This document shows, piece after piece, positions 1-12,915 of a stretch of DNA of 64,000 nucleotides. Both the position numbers and the translations under genes were made by a program. The first letter of the stretch is position 1. Every line of letters begins with the position of its first letter. This stretch comes from Antedon mediterranea (lineage: Eukaryota > Animalia > Echinodermata), in NCBI RefSeq assembly GCF_964355755.1, contig NC_092677.1:16514101-16578100 (forward strand), in the 5' to 3' direction. The notes beneath the pieces were generated by a model. That model did no database searches. It saw only the letters and a program-made list of their open reading frames with translations, and was not told the origin of the DNA.

Positions 1-32
1 ATTGCAGCTGTAAATATTATGGAGTATGAATT

Positions 33-177
33 AAGCTCTGTCTACACTTTCAAACTACTGTAGTTTGACAACAAAATTATGATGTGCCCAAATATGGTAG
101 TGATACCCAAATATGGTATTGATATGTCATCATGTCCATATATTGGCACATCACATCTTTTGTCAAATAAAGCTTTA
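33..177. mobile_element. MITE family A (PIF/Harbinger-like), degenerate copy
   Basis: Begins AAGCTCTGTTCTACACTTTCAAAC and carries internal CCCAAATATGGTAGTGAT repeats shared with the copies at 2913, 43580, 49747 and 54468. Confidence 0.7.
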
Positions 178-339
178 GAGTGTGTTATCGTCCTTTCATT
201 CAAACTGCATATAAAAATACTTTGCCATAATGTGTGGCTATTCACTGAAACCTTACACATTATAACTTCCCAATCTCAGGCACCAGAGTAAATATCATAT
301 ATCATAAAGATGACAATTATGATTTCCTTGTGATCTGCT

Positions 340-735
340 CGTGATACTGACTTGATCATAAGTAAATCCTAATACTGATAATATTTACTGTAGTTTTTTT
401 GCAAGGCTTTAGTTAGTGTTCTTGCTCATAAGCAGATCATGAGTAAATCCTAATAAGCCTACTGCTCAATATGTTAGTTACTGGGATTGGAAGATTAACT
501 GTAAGGTTTCAGCTTAGTGAAAGCATATGTTTATTTCTCACGAGAAGATCATGAGCAAATCCTAATAATGATCAATATTTACTGTAATTATTGGGTTTCA
601 GTTAGTGAAGACATGTTCTAAATCCTAATAGGTCTACTGATCAATATTGTATTTACAGTAGTTAATGGTAGATATGTGTAAGGTTTCAAGTTTTGTGAAG
701 ACATGTGCTTGAGCATGATTAGATCATGAGCAAGT
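340..735. repeat. Degenerate tandem repeat
   Basis: GATCATGAG(T/C)AAATCCTAATA, TGATCAATATTTACTGTA and AAGGTTTCAG..AGTGAAG blocks each recur about four times. Confidence 0.6.
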
Positions 736-1164
736 TAAGATAAAAAAAATAGCTCATGTGATTGTAAAAATATAGTAGTGTAGTACTGTAGTACCTTTGA
801 ATAGAATTGTAATACTAGTTGAATTTGATTGAAAAGAAGGAGACTCGAAAGAATGAAATTCTGGACTAATTTTCAATCTTTTATTGTCCTGTGTTTTATA
901 TGAATGTAACACACATACATTATTTATACACAGTATATGTTATTTCTGTAATCATTGATGTCAATAAAAGAGCCAAATGTTGCAATAGACAGTTTTTGTA
1001 AGCTTTTCTGGTCAGTGCATATATACATATATATATATATACATATACATATATATATACAATTTTTGTTAAAAATTACACAAATTTTATTCATTATTTA
1101 AACTGCATGATACTATACAGTATATAAAAATATCAAAATGTAAATAGTACTATGTTATTACAGT

Positions 1165-1381
1165 ATTATTTCTTTATACTGGGTGACATCTTCAGTCAAA
1201 GACGGTTCTCCCAGTCAGGCTGTTTAAAGTGCACATGAGCTAGTGTACACTGGCCCTACGATTTATAGTCCTTATCCGAAAAGACCAGACCCATAGAGCG
1301 AGTAATTACAGTTCCATTGTCTTAAATAAATAATGGCTACATATAAATCGAACGATTGATTGATTAACCGCTCGGCCACTA
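1165..1381 (-). mobile_element. tRNA-derived SINE remnant with Deu-like core
   Basis: Minus strand shows box A AGTGGCCGAGCGG, a GTTCGATT box B remnant, then GTCTTTTCGGATAAGGACTATAAATCGTAGG, resembling the conserved DeuSINE domain (recalled, not searched). Confidence 0.55.
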
Positions 1382-1862
1382 ACTACAGTATATGGTTATA
1401 TATATAAATATAAAAATATTTTAGTAGGAATGTATACATATAGCAAAATTTCAATATATTATTTATACATTTTTGTTCTAATTTTAAAGCTTAACTAATA
1501 GGAGGAAAGTACTCAAATAAAAACAATTAATCTTTAGTTAGACCGGCGTTCTGCAAACTTTTAATTATCTTGGCTCAAAGTTTGCAGAAAGTCGAGTTAA
1601 GCATCAATGAAATCTATATTTATATATGTCTAAAAATTATATTTGCCCAAAAAAAGAATTACAGCAACTCTGAATTAAACACAACAGAAGGAAACTAAAA
1701 AGAAAGTAAAAAGGCCACCAGAAAGATAAAAATATAACTGGATAAACCAAATAAAAAAAGATTTAAAAGACTTTAGTACAATATCAAACCATCCTGCCCA
1801 AAATAGACAAATATGGGAAAAAATCCTGGAAAGCGTAATGTCTGAGAGAAAGTGTTAGAAAG

Positions 1863-1986
1863 TCACACTAAATAAGGTGTGTCTATAACTGAGGCTCCGA
1901 CTCCTACACCGCCCTCATCTACACCATTTGGTTTTGTTCTTACTAAATGTCCTGCAAAGTCGTTCATTACAGCATTTTTTTTGTCA
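1863..1986 (-). CDS. GSS: Extra GSS-like terminal exon B, a candidate alternative last exon of copy 1
   Basis: 124-nt exon with a poly-T/CTAG acceptor like exon A, and the same length and phase. Translates as (S)[40 protein letters not shown]. No other GSS exons were seen between 1987 and 5385. Confidence 0.8.
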
Positions 1987-2912
1987 CTAGAAAAAAAATA
2001 ATAATTTAGAGTTAAAAAAATGTTAGATTATGGCATTTATATTAGAGAAATATTTTTTTTCAAATAATTATGTCCAATGCATACACACAAAACAACTAAG
2101 GCAATTTGCTGTTATCTGTAAATATTATAACATGGAATGGAACATAAACTAAACAGCACTACATACATACAGAAATATTTGTTCAAATATGTCCCATGCA
2201 TACACTACAAAACACAATACAAACAAACAAGGAAGTCAGTATAGTAAGAGTGTAAGCTTGATTCTCCACTTTGATGCAATGCAATGATGTAGGCGCAATA
2301 CAATGATGTAGGCGCAATACAAGTGAGTTGACCAATCATTGTGTTGTGGTCAAATTACTTGATTTTTTAAATAGAATGCAACACACAGTAAATTACAGAA
2401 TCTGTAAATCAAAGTCTCTTGCATACACTATTGAAACTTGCTAGGAAGCAAATGAACTATAAAAAATCTAAAACCTATGGGCGGGCTTTTGCTGATTTTC
2501 TCATGCTTTGACACCACAGGAGCAAATACAGAATAGTTTAAACAGTGCTAACATAAAAAATATTAATATTAGTCAGGGTGGATGAGCACATGTCAATGAG
2601 TGCACCCTGGACCCACCGCGACCCTCTGCATTCTCCCCTGAACGATGTCATATCAAGATTGTTATTTAGTTGCCGCTTTTTTTTTTCTTTGCAAATGAAA
2701 TTTAAAATTTTTTTCAGTGTTGCCATTTTAGCTGCCAAGGCCATTTTGAACCAGTTTTTCTTGCCAGCAGGTCCTATAGCACTGAAAAGCAATATCCCTT
2801 GATGAATGTTGATAATAGCATTGATTAATGGTTATGAAATATATGTCATGCATACAAATTTGATGATGCAACATGTGACATGACAAAAGCATATAGTACA
2901 TACTAAACTATA

Positions 2913-3055
2913 AGCTCTGTCTAAACTATCAAACTTTATGTGACAATGTGATATGCCCATATATAGATGTGATGATGTCATATCACTACCATATTTTTTC
3001 ACCACCAGATTAAGGCACATCACACTCAAACTAGTTTGATAGTGTAGACAGAGCT
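2913..3055. mobile_element. MITE family A (PIF/Harbinger-like)
   Basis: TIRs AGCTCTGTCTAAACTATCAAAC and GTTTGATAGTGTAGACAGAGCT in a TAA/TTA context. Confidence 0.8.
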
Positions 3056-3873
3056 TAATAGTAACCGGTCATACCAAAAATTCTCCCAGGAGGCCTTGTA
3101 TCGCCTGGTAGGGTTGTATGATACAGAATGATATAAAGTACATGTTATTATCATGCCCTATGGGTAACTTATATATTTTTTTTCAAAAACAAGTTAAAAT
3201 AATATAGTTCAACTTTTCATTCATCACAACGTGTTCAATGCAGTGCACAAATCATCACTTATCACAGAGGGATTTTTGGAATAAACCTAATCAGTATTTT
3301 CACATTAAAAATGTATAAAACACTGTACAAATAAATATCACAATAACATTTATATCAAAAAACCCTACAGGCCCTAGTATGCCCAGTATGACCAAGCTCA
3401 TACTAACTAACCATTGAACAATCCAACACTTGACTTTACTTGGTGGTAGTATCCATTGTACACTCGTAACACAGAAATTCAAACACACAAACCGAGACGG
3501 TGTCCAGATTAATATTAATTTTTATTAATTCTATGGCAGTGACCCTTTCATTTAAATTAAGTGCTGTATCTCCACATTCGACAATATTTTCCACGTATCA
3601 TTATGAAAATTCCATAATACAGCATCTCATGTGTGTCACATGTGGTGCCTGTATCATGTACTGTAAAGTTAGGTTTAGTGTTAGGAATTATGGTCTTTGA
3701 TTCTAGGCGATACATGTGAAACACATGTGATACTGTATTACAGAATTTAGATAAAGATACTGGAGAATCTAGGTACACTGACTGTGACAGTACCGAGGAA
3801 TGTGTTCAGCACAATTATTCTATCAACCTTCATAAATAATTATTTTTACATTATATTTATTTGTATCTTCTTG

Positions 3874-4284
3874 CAAAGAACTTATAACACAAGAATCTCC
3901 TGTTCGTCCGAAGCGCGTAACAATTTCAAAAGGCATTGTGGGATAGAATAGAGCTATGGGTGGCGCCATTGTGAGCCATGGAGTAGGGCGCCCGCATCAA
4001 ATTAGAAAGTCAAAATCATAGAGGGGATCTGCTAATGCTCTAGGGGGGGATAGAGTAATTGACTGAGGAGTAGGGCGCCCGCATCAAATTAGAAAGTCAA
4101 AATCAAAGAGGGGATCTGCTAATACTCTAGGGGGGGTAGAGTAATTGACTTCCTAGTTTGGAGGGGGCGCTGCTCCATGCTGTGAAATGGCGTCGCCCAG
4201 TTTGACCTTTTAACCCTGTACTTCCGATACTGTGTTTTGAATGCAAATTGAAGAACAGGAGATTCTTGTGTTATAAGTTCTTTG
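3874..4284. mobile_element. MITE with 32-bp perfect TIRs (P-element-like termini)
   Basis: TIR CAAAGAACTTATAACACAAGAATCTCCTGTTC at both ends. Flanks CTTCTTG and CTTCTTA form a 7-bp TSD with one mismatch. An internal duplication of about 87 bp spans 3980-4150. Confidence 0.8.
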
Positions 4285-4319
4285 CTTCTTATCTATATAT
4301 CTATATTTATTTTTAAAAA

Positions 4320-4641
4320 TCCATTTTGGTCCAATCCGTTTGGTAAAGATATTCTGGCTTCTAATAGATTCAGGGATATGTTACCGTCGTACAAATCCGA
4401 TAGACTCAGTACTAGATCTCTCAGAAGTTATGCAGGCAATGGCTTGGAGAGGCGTAGGTGTAGGACTGAAAGACTAAACAAGTCAACAATACCGTACCTA
4501 GCTAGAATCTTGTAACTTTTTAGGTTTACTTGTAATTTGTGTTTTTCATATTTGTATTTTGATGGAATACTTTTGTAAACATTTTCAGCTTTTGCTGCTG
4601 GTGTGGAAGTTGTTTTAAACCATAAATAAATAAATAATAAA
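4320..4641 (+). mobile_element. LINE 3' end remnant (CR1/L2 group)
   Basis: Frame ends CRTERLNKSTIPYLARIL*, typical of a LINE ORF2 C-terminus, followed by a 3' UTR and an (AATA)n tail. Confidence 0.6.
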
Positions 4642-5385
4642 CCTGGATCTGTAATTAAATTAAAAGATTATTAGTGTTGACTTAGACTTGCCACAAGTCT
4701 GTAGTTACTTTTCTTTATGTTAGCCCACAAGTCATTGTTTCCAATATTACGTGAATTATCACCTAGAACCTAGAAAACAGCGGACTGTATTAAATTTCTA
4801 ATCTCATTTGTTAATAATGATTATCAAGAATTTACCAAAAAGTATTTCTTAAAAAAACAACTTTCCAAAAAGGTTGGAAAGACAATTAACTATAAAAAAA
4901 TATTTTACTATTAAAAATAATTTTTGCATAAAAAAGTTATTTTGGCATTTAAAATATTATGAGTAATCAAAAACAACCTCTATAAATACACAGGTACCTG
5001 TATTTCCAATATTGGTATATATTACTGTATTCACTTATTAAAATAATATTTATTTCTAACAAAAAAATAATAATAATAAAATATTACATATTTCATTTTA
5101 AAAATCAATAAAAGGTTTAGGAGACCAACAATCTTTGAACATTTTCATGAAATTTCTGCTCGAATAATTAAGATATTATTAACAAAATCTTAATAAAAAA
5201 TCCTTTCCCACTCTTAGTAATGTTAATTACCTCCTACATAATCAAATATATTTGCCTGTGAGTCTGACCAAAGCTAAAAACAACGTTTATTAGTACAAAT
5301 AAATGGAATATTAGTACACTTTGGTTATTTTACTCAAGGCATGTATTAATTCCCCCTCTAACTATTAAATGTTACAAAACCATAT

Positions 5386-8300
5386 TCATATCAAGAAAGG
5401 TGTATCAAGTGCCGAGGCCCCCGCAGCGACACCGCCCTCATCGACTCCATTGACTTTAGTTCGTACTAAATGTCCTGAATACTCGTTCAGAACAACATCA
5501 TTTTTGTCACTAGAAAAAGAAAAGTGAAATAGATACAAAAATGGGTTAACCATAGGATTGTGAAGTAGTATTCGCTGTAATTAGCAATTATTCTAACATC
5601 ACTGTTATTTGGAGTGGCACTGTCTTAAACGCTCAACACACAATTTTAGCAACCTCAAGTACAACTTAGCAATCAGAAAAACAAATGAATTCTATAATAT
5701 CAACAACATTCCAAATTTATGACTTAACTGAACTACTCATTCAAACTCAAAGATAGTTATATATAAATATTATATAAAAATCACCAGCGCTGGGCGTACT
5801 TTCACATCAAGTATGAATTCAGTTATCTGGTGTCAAGGTTATTCATGTTTACTGTTGATTGGTCAAAAGGTAAAAAATTGTACGATTTTAAGAAACAAAT
5901 GGCTTCTTAATCCATCGCTCCGAATTAGGAGCCCGAATCAGTTATGGATTCAAATCATATGATTTTGGTGTAAACCAATGAACCCGTTTTCCCACAATAC
6001 TTTTCTCAGGGCACCAGACCGAATTTGGTCATGATGTGAAAGCAGCTTTACACCATACTGTATCTCTCCATCGCTGATAACACATCACTGTAAAACCAAA
6101 ACTGAAGGCAAATATTACTGATTATGGTTATTTATGCTGTTAAAATATTCTATATAATCCCTAGTTGCCTCAACGAATGTGAAGGGAAGAGTTGCCAATA
6201 TTATCAATTAATGTATTGTATATTTATTTAAAACAAATCTGAGTTTAATAATTTGCTCACCTAACCAGTGCTCCAAACATGCCAAACTCTGAGACCATAT
6301 TCTGTAGTTCCGGCAGTTCTGGTGACGACACTACTTTGTAGCCTGGGACAGTGACTGGGAATATTCTATCCATCAGGATATATGCATTTCTTTCTGATGT
6401 GTTCTGAATTCCCAGAAGTTTGGTGCGAATGTCAACTCCATAGATATTATTTCCTAAAATAATACCAACACAATTTAGTAAAGCTCATTTAGAGAAAATT
6501 GAATGCTGAACTTGCACCATTTAGATGTTTCAATGGCAAAAACTACATTTAAAAAAGAGTAAAATTAGTTAATTTTGTTTATCTTAATCTTCTTGGTTAA
6601 AAATTGATGGAATAATAACAAAATAGCAAAAAACTGATTTCAAATAATTAATCAACTGGGAATTAAACTAGATTTTATAAACTACGTTTCACAAGGCTCA
6701 AGTGGTGGATCTGTTTTTGGCCAATGAGAAAAGTTGTGGAGATGTAGAACTGCTTTCACAAAGGAAAAGATAGGTATAAGTTATGTCATCCACAACAGCT
6801 ACAAATCCAATGTTATTAATTCTGTATACAAATAACTGTTCTCTCTTTAGAAAGATATTGCAAACAAAAGTTGCTTTAGTCTCTTACCCCCTCCTTCCTT
6901 GTTGGGTTTCATCACAAATTTTTCTGGTGAGGCGATTGCCATTGCGATGGCCTTGTCACCTTCAGCACCCTAAAAGAATTTGACATTTAAAATACTAACT
7001 TTATAGCACTATTCTGTACTTTTTAAGGCAAATTGTTGATGAAAGATGGGAGGTACATTATGTACAATAGGGATGGAATGGTGGAATTGTCAGGAATCAA
7101 AACACAATGTGAGGGAAGGCAATAGGAAGGTTCCAAGGCCTGAATCCGTTGTCTATATTCCTGGACAAGTATAATTAAAATTGCCTATATATAAATATTA
7201 AACTTGAAGGTGAACTTCAATAGAATCAAAAGAACATTCCTAAATTAATTGCTGTTAAAATTTGTATTAACTTGTGGCAATGATATGAAAGTTTTATTTA
7301 TTTATTTATTTTATTCATTTCCTCCTAAACTGTTCGTCCTAAAGACCCATTCAGACAACAAACAGAAACAAATTTAAAAACCAATGACAACGATAAAAGA
7401 CAACCCAGAAAACCACAACTAACTCTTAGCCCAATTACAGGACTTGGCACCAATAAATGAAAGGTTTGTGTACAAATGTTTATTATTTTCCCTCTGTAAA
7501 GTGGTTATCCATAGACGTAATTATGAGGTATATTACGGTACAGTACTTACAATATCAAGAGAGTATTGGCCAGTGAATGTTGCCCTGATTGCCGCCACTT
7601 TATCTGGATTTGATATGAACCTTTCAACCATCCCTGGCTTAGCTATCGCTTGTTGAACTTTCTTAGTTCCAGCTAAATGTAAAGAAACGTTTGGACAACA
7701 TATTGCACGAGACCTCGCTGCCAACAGTACAGCATTCCACTCCTGCATGAATTAAATATTCTACATCAATAAAATGTGGAATCTATTTGTAAATCAATCC
7801 ATACACAATATCTACAAACTATGGAAAGATTAGACTCTGTCTAGGTAATGTTGATAAAAGATGGTGGTAATTAAAGATTAGAAACAAAATAGGAAAAAAA
7901 GATGAGTTTCGAAAAACCTGGCGTAATGTTATAAGAACCGGAGCACTGACCAATTAGCCATATGACTTGATTTATGAAGGAGCGATGTTATTACTAGTTA
8001 AGTCAAATATTACACACCCTCAATTAGGCCGTACAGTAAAGGTAAAGGTGAGTCCCGTGTTCAATCTGAACGTGGGGGAATGAGCTGTTAGGAACTCATT
8101 GTACTAAGCCTCGGCATTAGGGTGGCCAGTTCCTTTCCACGCCGCCTTTTTTCTCCCTAGTATTTTCAACTAGGTACTTAATTACAGCTGAGTGGACTGG
8201 GAGTTGTCGGAAATTGAACCCAGGTCTATCTGTATGACAGTCAAGTGTCCTAACCACTCGGCTTTCCAACCACTTTACCGTAGAGTAGTGTCTGGATTGG

Positions 8301-11300
8301 AGATGCCAAGCGTAGATGCAGCAAATTAAAAAAAAAAGATATGCCTGTTGCATATTCTATGATTTAAATATACATTTAATACATACCGTCTCAGACTTAA
8401 AATGTGAAGGAATGTAACCATCTCTGTAGTAAACTATGGCAACTTCAGTACCATCACTAATTTTAGGGGAAAAAAAAAAATGTAAAACTAAGAAACTGAA
8501 CAAAGTACTGGGCACTCTTTAATATTCAGCCCATATTGAGCATAGATAACGTAACTGATATCAATAATTAAATCTTTTTCTTGATATGGCATGGTCTGAT
8601 GTTATAATAATTAATTTATAAATATTTGCAAATTAAAAATTCAGGGTGGATTACAATAAAAAAAGAAAAAAGACATTAAAATACAAAACAAGTTACAAGT
8701 TACTCTAAATATTCCATAAGTATGGTATTGTGTATTTTCTTCATCTCTCAGTATGACACCTACACCTCAACAAACAATTAGTTGCACTACGTCTGAGAGA
8801 TCTAGTAGTACTGGTTCTATCAGATTTATATGGCAGTAACGTATGCCTGAATTTAGTAGAAGCCAAGATAAATTTACCAAATGCTAAAGCTTTCTTTACA
8901 TGTACTGGTATTGGGAGAGTTGACTGTATTTCTAAAACTATCTGTGCTAAAGTCCATTACATGTATAACATTAGGGACTTTACGAAACATGACAGTTAGG
9001 GGAGGACTTCTTGTGTTCGCTAGAGTGTAAAATTATTTCTAATCGTTCCTCGTAAACGGGAAAATGGCAACTTTATCGTCCTCAAAAAGACGACAGAATT
9101 TCACACTAAGCTCTGCTTAATTTGTTAAGGTTCGTGCATAAATTATTCATGAGCACCGTCCTGTGGCTTCCTGTCCTGTTTCTTAAAATTGACTTGTATA
9201 GGATTTGTCATATTTATATATACATACTATACAGTACTTACACTATTAAGCGCCTATCATCTGACAGTTTTCCTTTTGAACCAATGTCCAATAGGGTAAT
9301 TCTCTTTACTGGAATGTCCAAATTGATTTTCTTAACTTCAAACTCTAAAAGTCTTTGGTCAAATACATTTCTTTCTGTAGTTGAGACAACAAAGACGATA
9401 GCTGCCCTGCATTTAGATGAAATATACAGCATTAGGAACCAAAACAAAACGTCATTTTTCATAATTTACTATAAATCGAAATAGAAGTTCAGACAGGTGG
9501 GAAAAAAGATTTAATGTCACAGACACCTATTAACACCTCCTCCAGTTCCGGCTCTAACGCGGCAAATACAATGGCGTCAAAATGTTTCGATTTCATGACA
9601 CACATGCAGCTCACGCCAATCCTCTTACTTGATATGGTCGTAGCTCCTTGATGAGTCATGAAAATGCTAATGCTGTATGCGCAATTTGACGCAAGCCTGA
9701 ACTGGATTCAGACCCGGAGTAGGTGTGAAAAAAACTTTAAAGCCCTGGACCCGTCACATATGAAACTTACTACAGAAATTTTACTACTCAGACTGCTTCA
9801 GCAGTGAATCTGTTGCCTAATTACATATGGAATACCTGGATACACACTCACTATATTTACTGAGCGTGAAAACTTAGAAAGACTGTTTGAACATAATATT
9901 AAAAATAATAATGCACATACTTGGGTGTGTCGTAAACTTCCCATGCTTTTACAAATGCTTTTGAGTACTTTTCTATGTGATTATTTGTCGGCAGTGACTT
10001 TTCTACATCACATCGTCCACCAAGAAGTTGGGTAGTGTATCTATAAATAAAATAGCATTTTGTGATAGTGATTACTTATAGGTCATCCACGTAGTCATAG
10101 TGGAGGTACCAAGAGCCAAGGTGATGCTATCAAAAGGTAACAAGGTTTGCATAGTATGACAATTTTGTAGATAAACAGAAAAACACAATGATGAGAGGCA
10201 TGTTTTTTTTGTTCCGAGATGTCCAGAGATGTTAATGTGTGCACATGTATTGACCTACAATTAAAGTAACCAATGTAATCGATTTATATAGATGAGACCC
10301 CCTAAGTACTAAAGTTAAATTTGTTGAGACCCACTAACCTACTTTTATTTACCTATGTACTAGAGTTAAATTTGTTGTGAGACCCAATAAGCTACTTTTA
10401 TTTACATATGTACTAGAGTTAAATTTGTTGCTACTTTTATTTACCTATGTACTAGAGTTAAATTTGTTGTGACAGCCCCCAAGCTACTTGCTATAGTGTT
10501 TATCTCAACCATCTTTGGCAGCATCTCATCTGTCGATCCATCCAACAGGTAATCTGATCTTAGAAGTGCTAAAACGCCGGCCTAGAAACAAAAACACACT
10601 TTTAGGTCCCTGGCATTTGAATTGTCTTCTGCATAATTATCATTTTTACTGTACAGTAAAATGTTACAATTGCAATACATTCTTATAATTGTAATCATTG
10701 TTATAATTATCAGAATCACTTTTGATACCATCATCATCATGTATTTTAACTGAAAAATTAAAATCAGTAATACTTTAGTCTTCTAAAGCCTACAATAGCA
10801 AACTTCACAAAACTCATGTTTAAAAACTCAGAGTTTGCTACATTTTGGAGAAATGTCAGGTTTATAATATATATATACATATAATGAGACATTATATAGC
10901 GCTATTTCGTGAAGATCAGAGCGCTTTGAGTGTTAGTTGACTATTAAAATTATCTAGAAAGGCTAACCAAAGGCAAGAAATAGGCTAACAAAAGACAACT
11001 CGTTAATGACAATAAAAAAAATAAAACAAAGATGATTCAAACACCACCCCTATCTACACAATTAAGTTTAAAAGTCCAGTTCCTGGAGGTTGCCACTTTG
11101 CTTACCTCACATAACTACACAACTGTCATTTCAAACCTTAGGAAGAAGCTGTAAAGCACCTACCTTTTGCAAATTAGTTATCTACAGCTTAAAGATTTGT
11201 CATTTAGTTCCCGGTCTTCAACCCGTCCACAGCGCTCTCGCTGCAAAGAAGTTGGGAGCATCCGCAAAGCCGCTGGAGCATGCGCAAAGCATTGTTGTTA

Positions 11301-12092
11301 TGCAGTCATTATGGGCAAGCACTATAATATGGTTGATTGATAGGGCACTTACTTCATCATGTGACTCACAATTGTCCAATCAAATGACTGGAATCTCTTT
11401 AGGTGTTATATAATCTACACTAGCAAACTTTGGCAACTTGTTATTACCAAACTTGTTGTTTGCTAAAGTTTGCAAAGTACATGCTACTGTAGACTAAGCT
11501 TACCAGATGGGTAAAGCAGCCTCAATATCTGTGTACTTACATCAGCAATACCTTCTTCTAATATTTTTTCCAATATCTTCAACAGCCTGCCAGTGAAATC
11601 GTCAGATACTGCTGCTCTGAAACAATTTTCAATAAAAAAAAGATTCAGTATTGATTATAGTCCGGTTGAATAAATAACACAACCGCATACATTCAGTATG
11701 AATCATGGTGTCCCAAAGGAGGGGTTCTACTTTACTTAAGACATATGGATCAGCTAGCTGGTTTACAAACGTGTCCTGTTCAACAAGAAAGAAATATTGT
11801 TTTGTGATTCTTACGATTTCAATGTTTCTCGTATAAAATCATAGTCTTTTGAAATAAGATACAACAGCTCATTAATGTACATTTGCCCGTCTGCAAGTTG
11901 GTGAAAATATTTCCTTGGTATCGGTGCTGGCAGAAGAGCATGTGGCCCACACATCACAGTATCTGAAGAAGTTGGATTCTCAAAGGTCCGAAAAACGAAA
12001 CCATGTGAGACAGCGCAGTCTTTTGATTGGTTGACAGCATCTGACAGCAGACTATCAGATAGAGGAAGTTTAACAGGAGGATCCAATTCCAT
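5386..12092 (-). CDS. GSS: Glutathione synthetase-like ATP-grasp ligase, copy 1, with proximal last exon A (about 478 aa)
   Basis: Ten GT-AG exons join in frame: 11815-12092, 11541-11616, 10445-10581, 9921-10040, 9242-9406, 8387-8456, 7551-7742, 6888-6969, 6261-6453, 5386-5509. Eukaryotic GSS motifs are present: [59 protein letters not shown] and GGVAAG...DTPF. Confidence 0.93.
8036..8270 (-). mobile_element. tRNA-derived SINE with (ACCTTT)n tail
   Basis: Minus strand has AGCCGAGTGGTTAGG (box A), GGGTTCAATTTCC (box B), a CCAGTCCACTCAGCTGTAATTAAGTACC core and an ACCTTTACCTTT tail. Confidence 0.75.
10301..10470 (-). repeat. Tandem copies of the GSS copy 1 coding-exon-3 end plus splice donor
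   Basis: CTACTTTTATTTAC(C/A)TATGTACTAGAGTTAAATTTGTTG occurs three times, plus a partial fourth copy. Confidence 0.85.
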
Positions 12093-12629
12093 TTCTATTA
12101 CAGAATGAAGAATAAAAAAGTTAAATCATTTTTCTATATTAATTAAAATTTAAACAGTAGTGCTCTGTGTGCTTGTAAGCAACCTATTTCGAAAGATCTT
12201 TAAGAACATTAAAAATATCATTTCAAATCAGACACATTCCCACGCATTTAAACTTAAATTGAAAATACACCATAAAGTACTGAAATCAGTGGTTTATCTG
12301 TACATTTTATGTATAGTAATTCTAAAAAATATATATAAGTTAAATTAACCACTAATATGTTAATAACATCATCATAAAACCCTACCAGGTGATACTGGGC
12401 CTATCGCTGATACGCTTTTGCTATCGTAATTGGTTCTGGTCAATACTTGTTACATATATGAATGTTTTTTTAGGCCTAATGTATAATTTTTTTTTTCAAT
12501 TTATTTTACAGGTGATTGCAAGAAGTTTGTGAATGTGTGCCGAGACCTGTAAAATTTAAAAAAAAAACAATTTAAATATAAAAATATCCACACGGCAAAA
12601 GCATACCTTGCGCCATCAAATCGGTAAGT

Positions 12630-12875
12630 ATGTAAGCCAATGGGTACGAGTTAGCCAAAAAATGAGTACGAGTATAAGCCAAATAAGGGACCATGGGTAC
12701 GAGTAAGCCATGGAAATACTTACGTGTACGAGTTTGTATGGGTACGGATTGGTTTGGGTACGGGTTAGCCACAGTGGGTACGAGTTGACCAATTATTTGG
12801 GTACGACTCGAGTTAGCCAAGTTGGGTACGAGTTGGCATGATGGGTTCGTTTGGGTACGGTACGGGTTGCCCAGC
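12630..12875. repeat. GGGTACGAGTTAGCC short-repeat array, probably a subterminal arm of a DNA transposon
   Basis: About ten GGGTACG(AGTT) motifs in the same orientation. Confidence 0.6.
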
Positions 12876-12915
12876 ACCCAACAGATTAGTAGCAGGCTAG
12901 GCCTTCTACTTTTAG

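Noticed and set aside
12572-12877. 101-aa ORF, and similar ORFs at 21719-22112, 54345-54594 and 61234-61841
   Set aside because: These are translations of transposon-derived short repeats.
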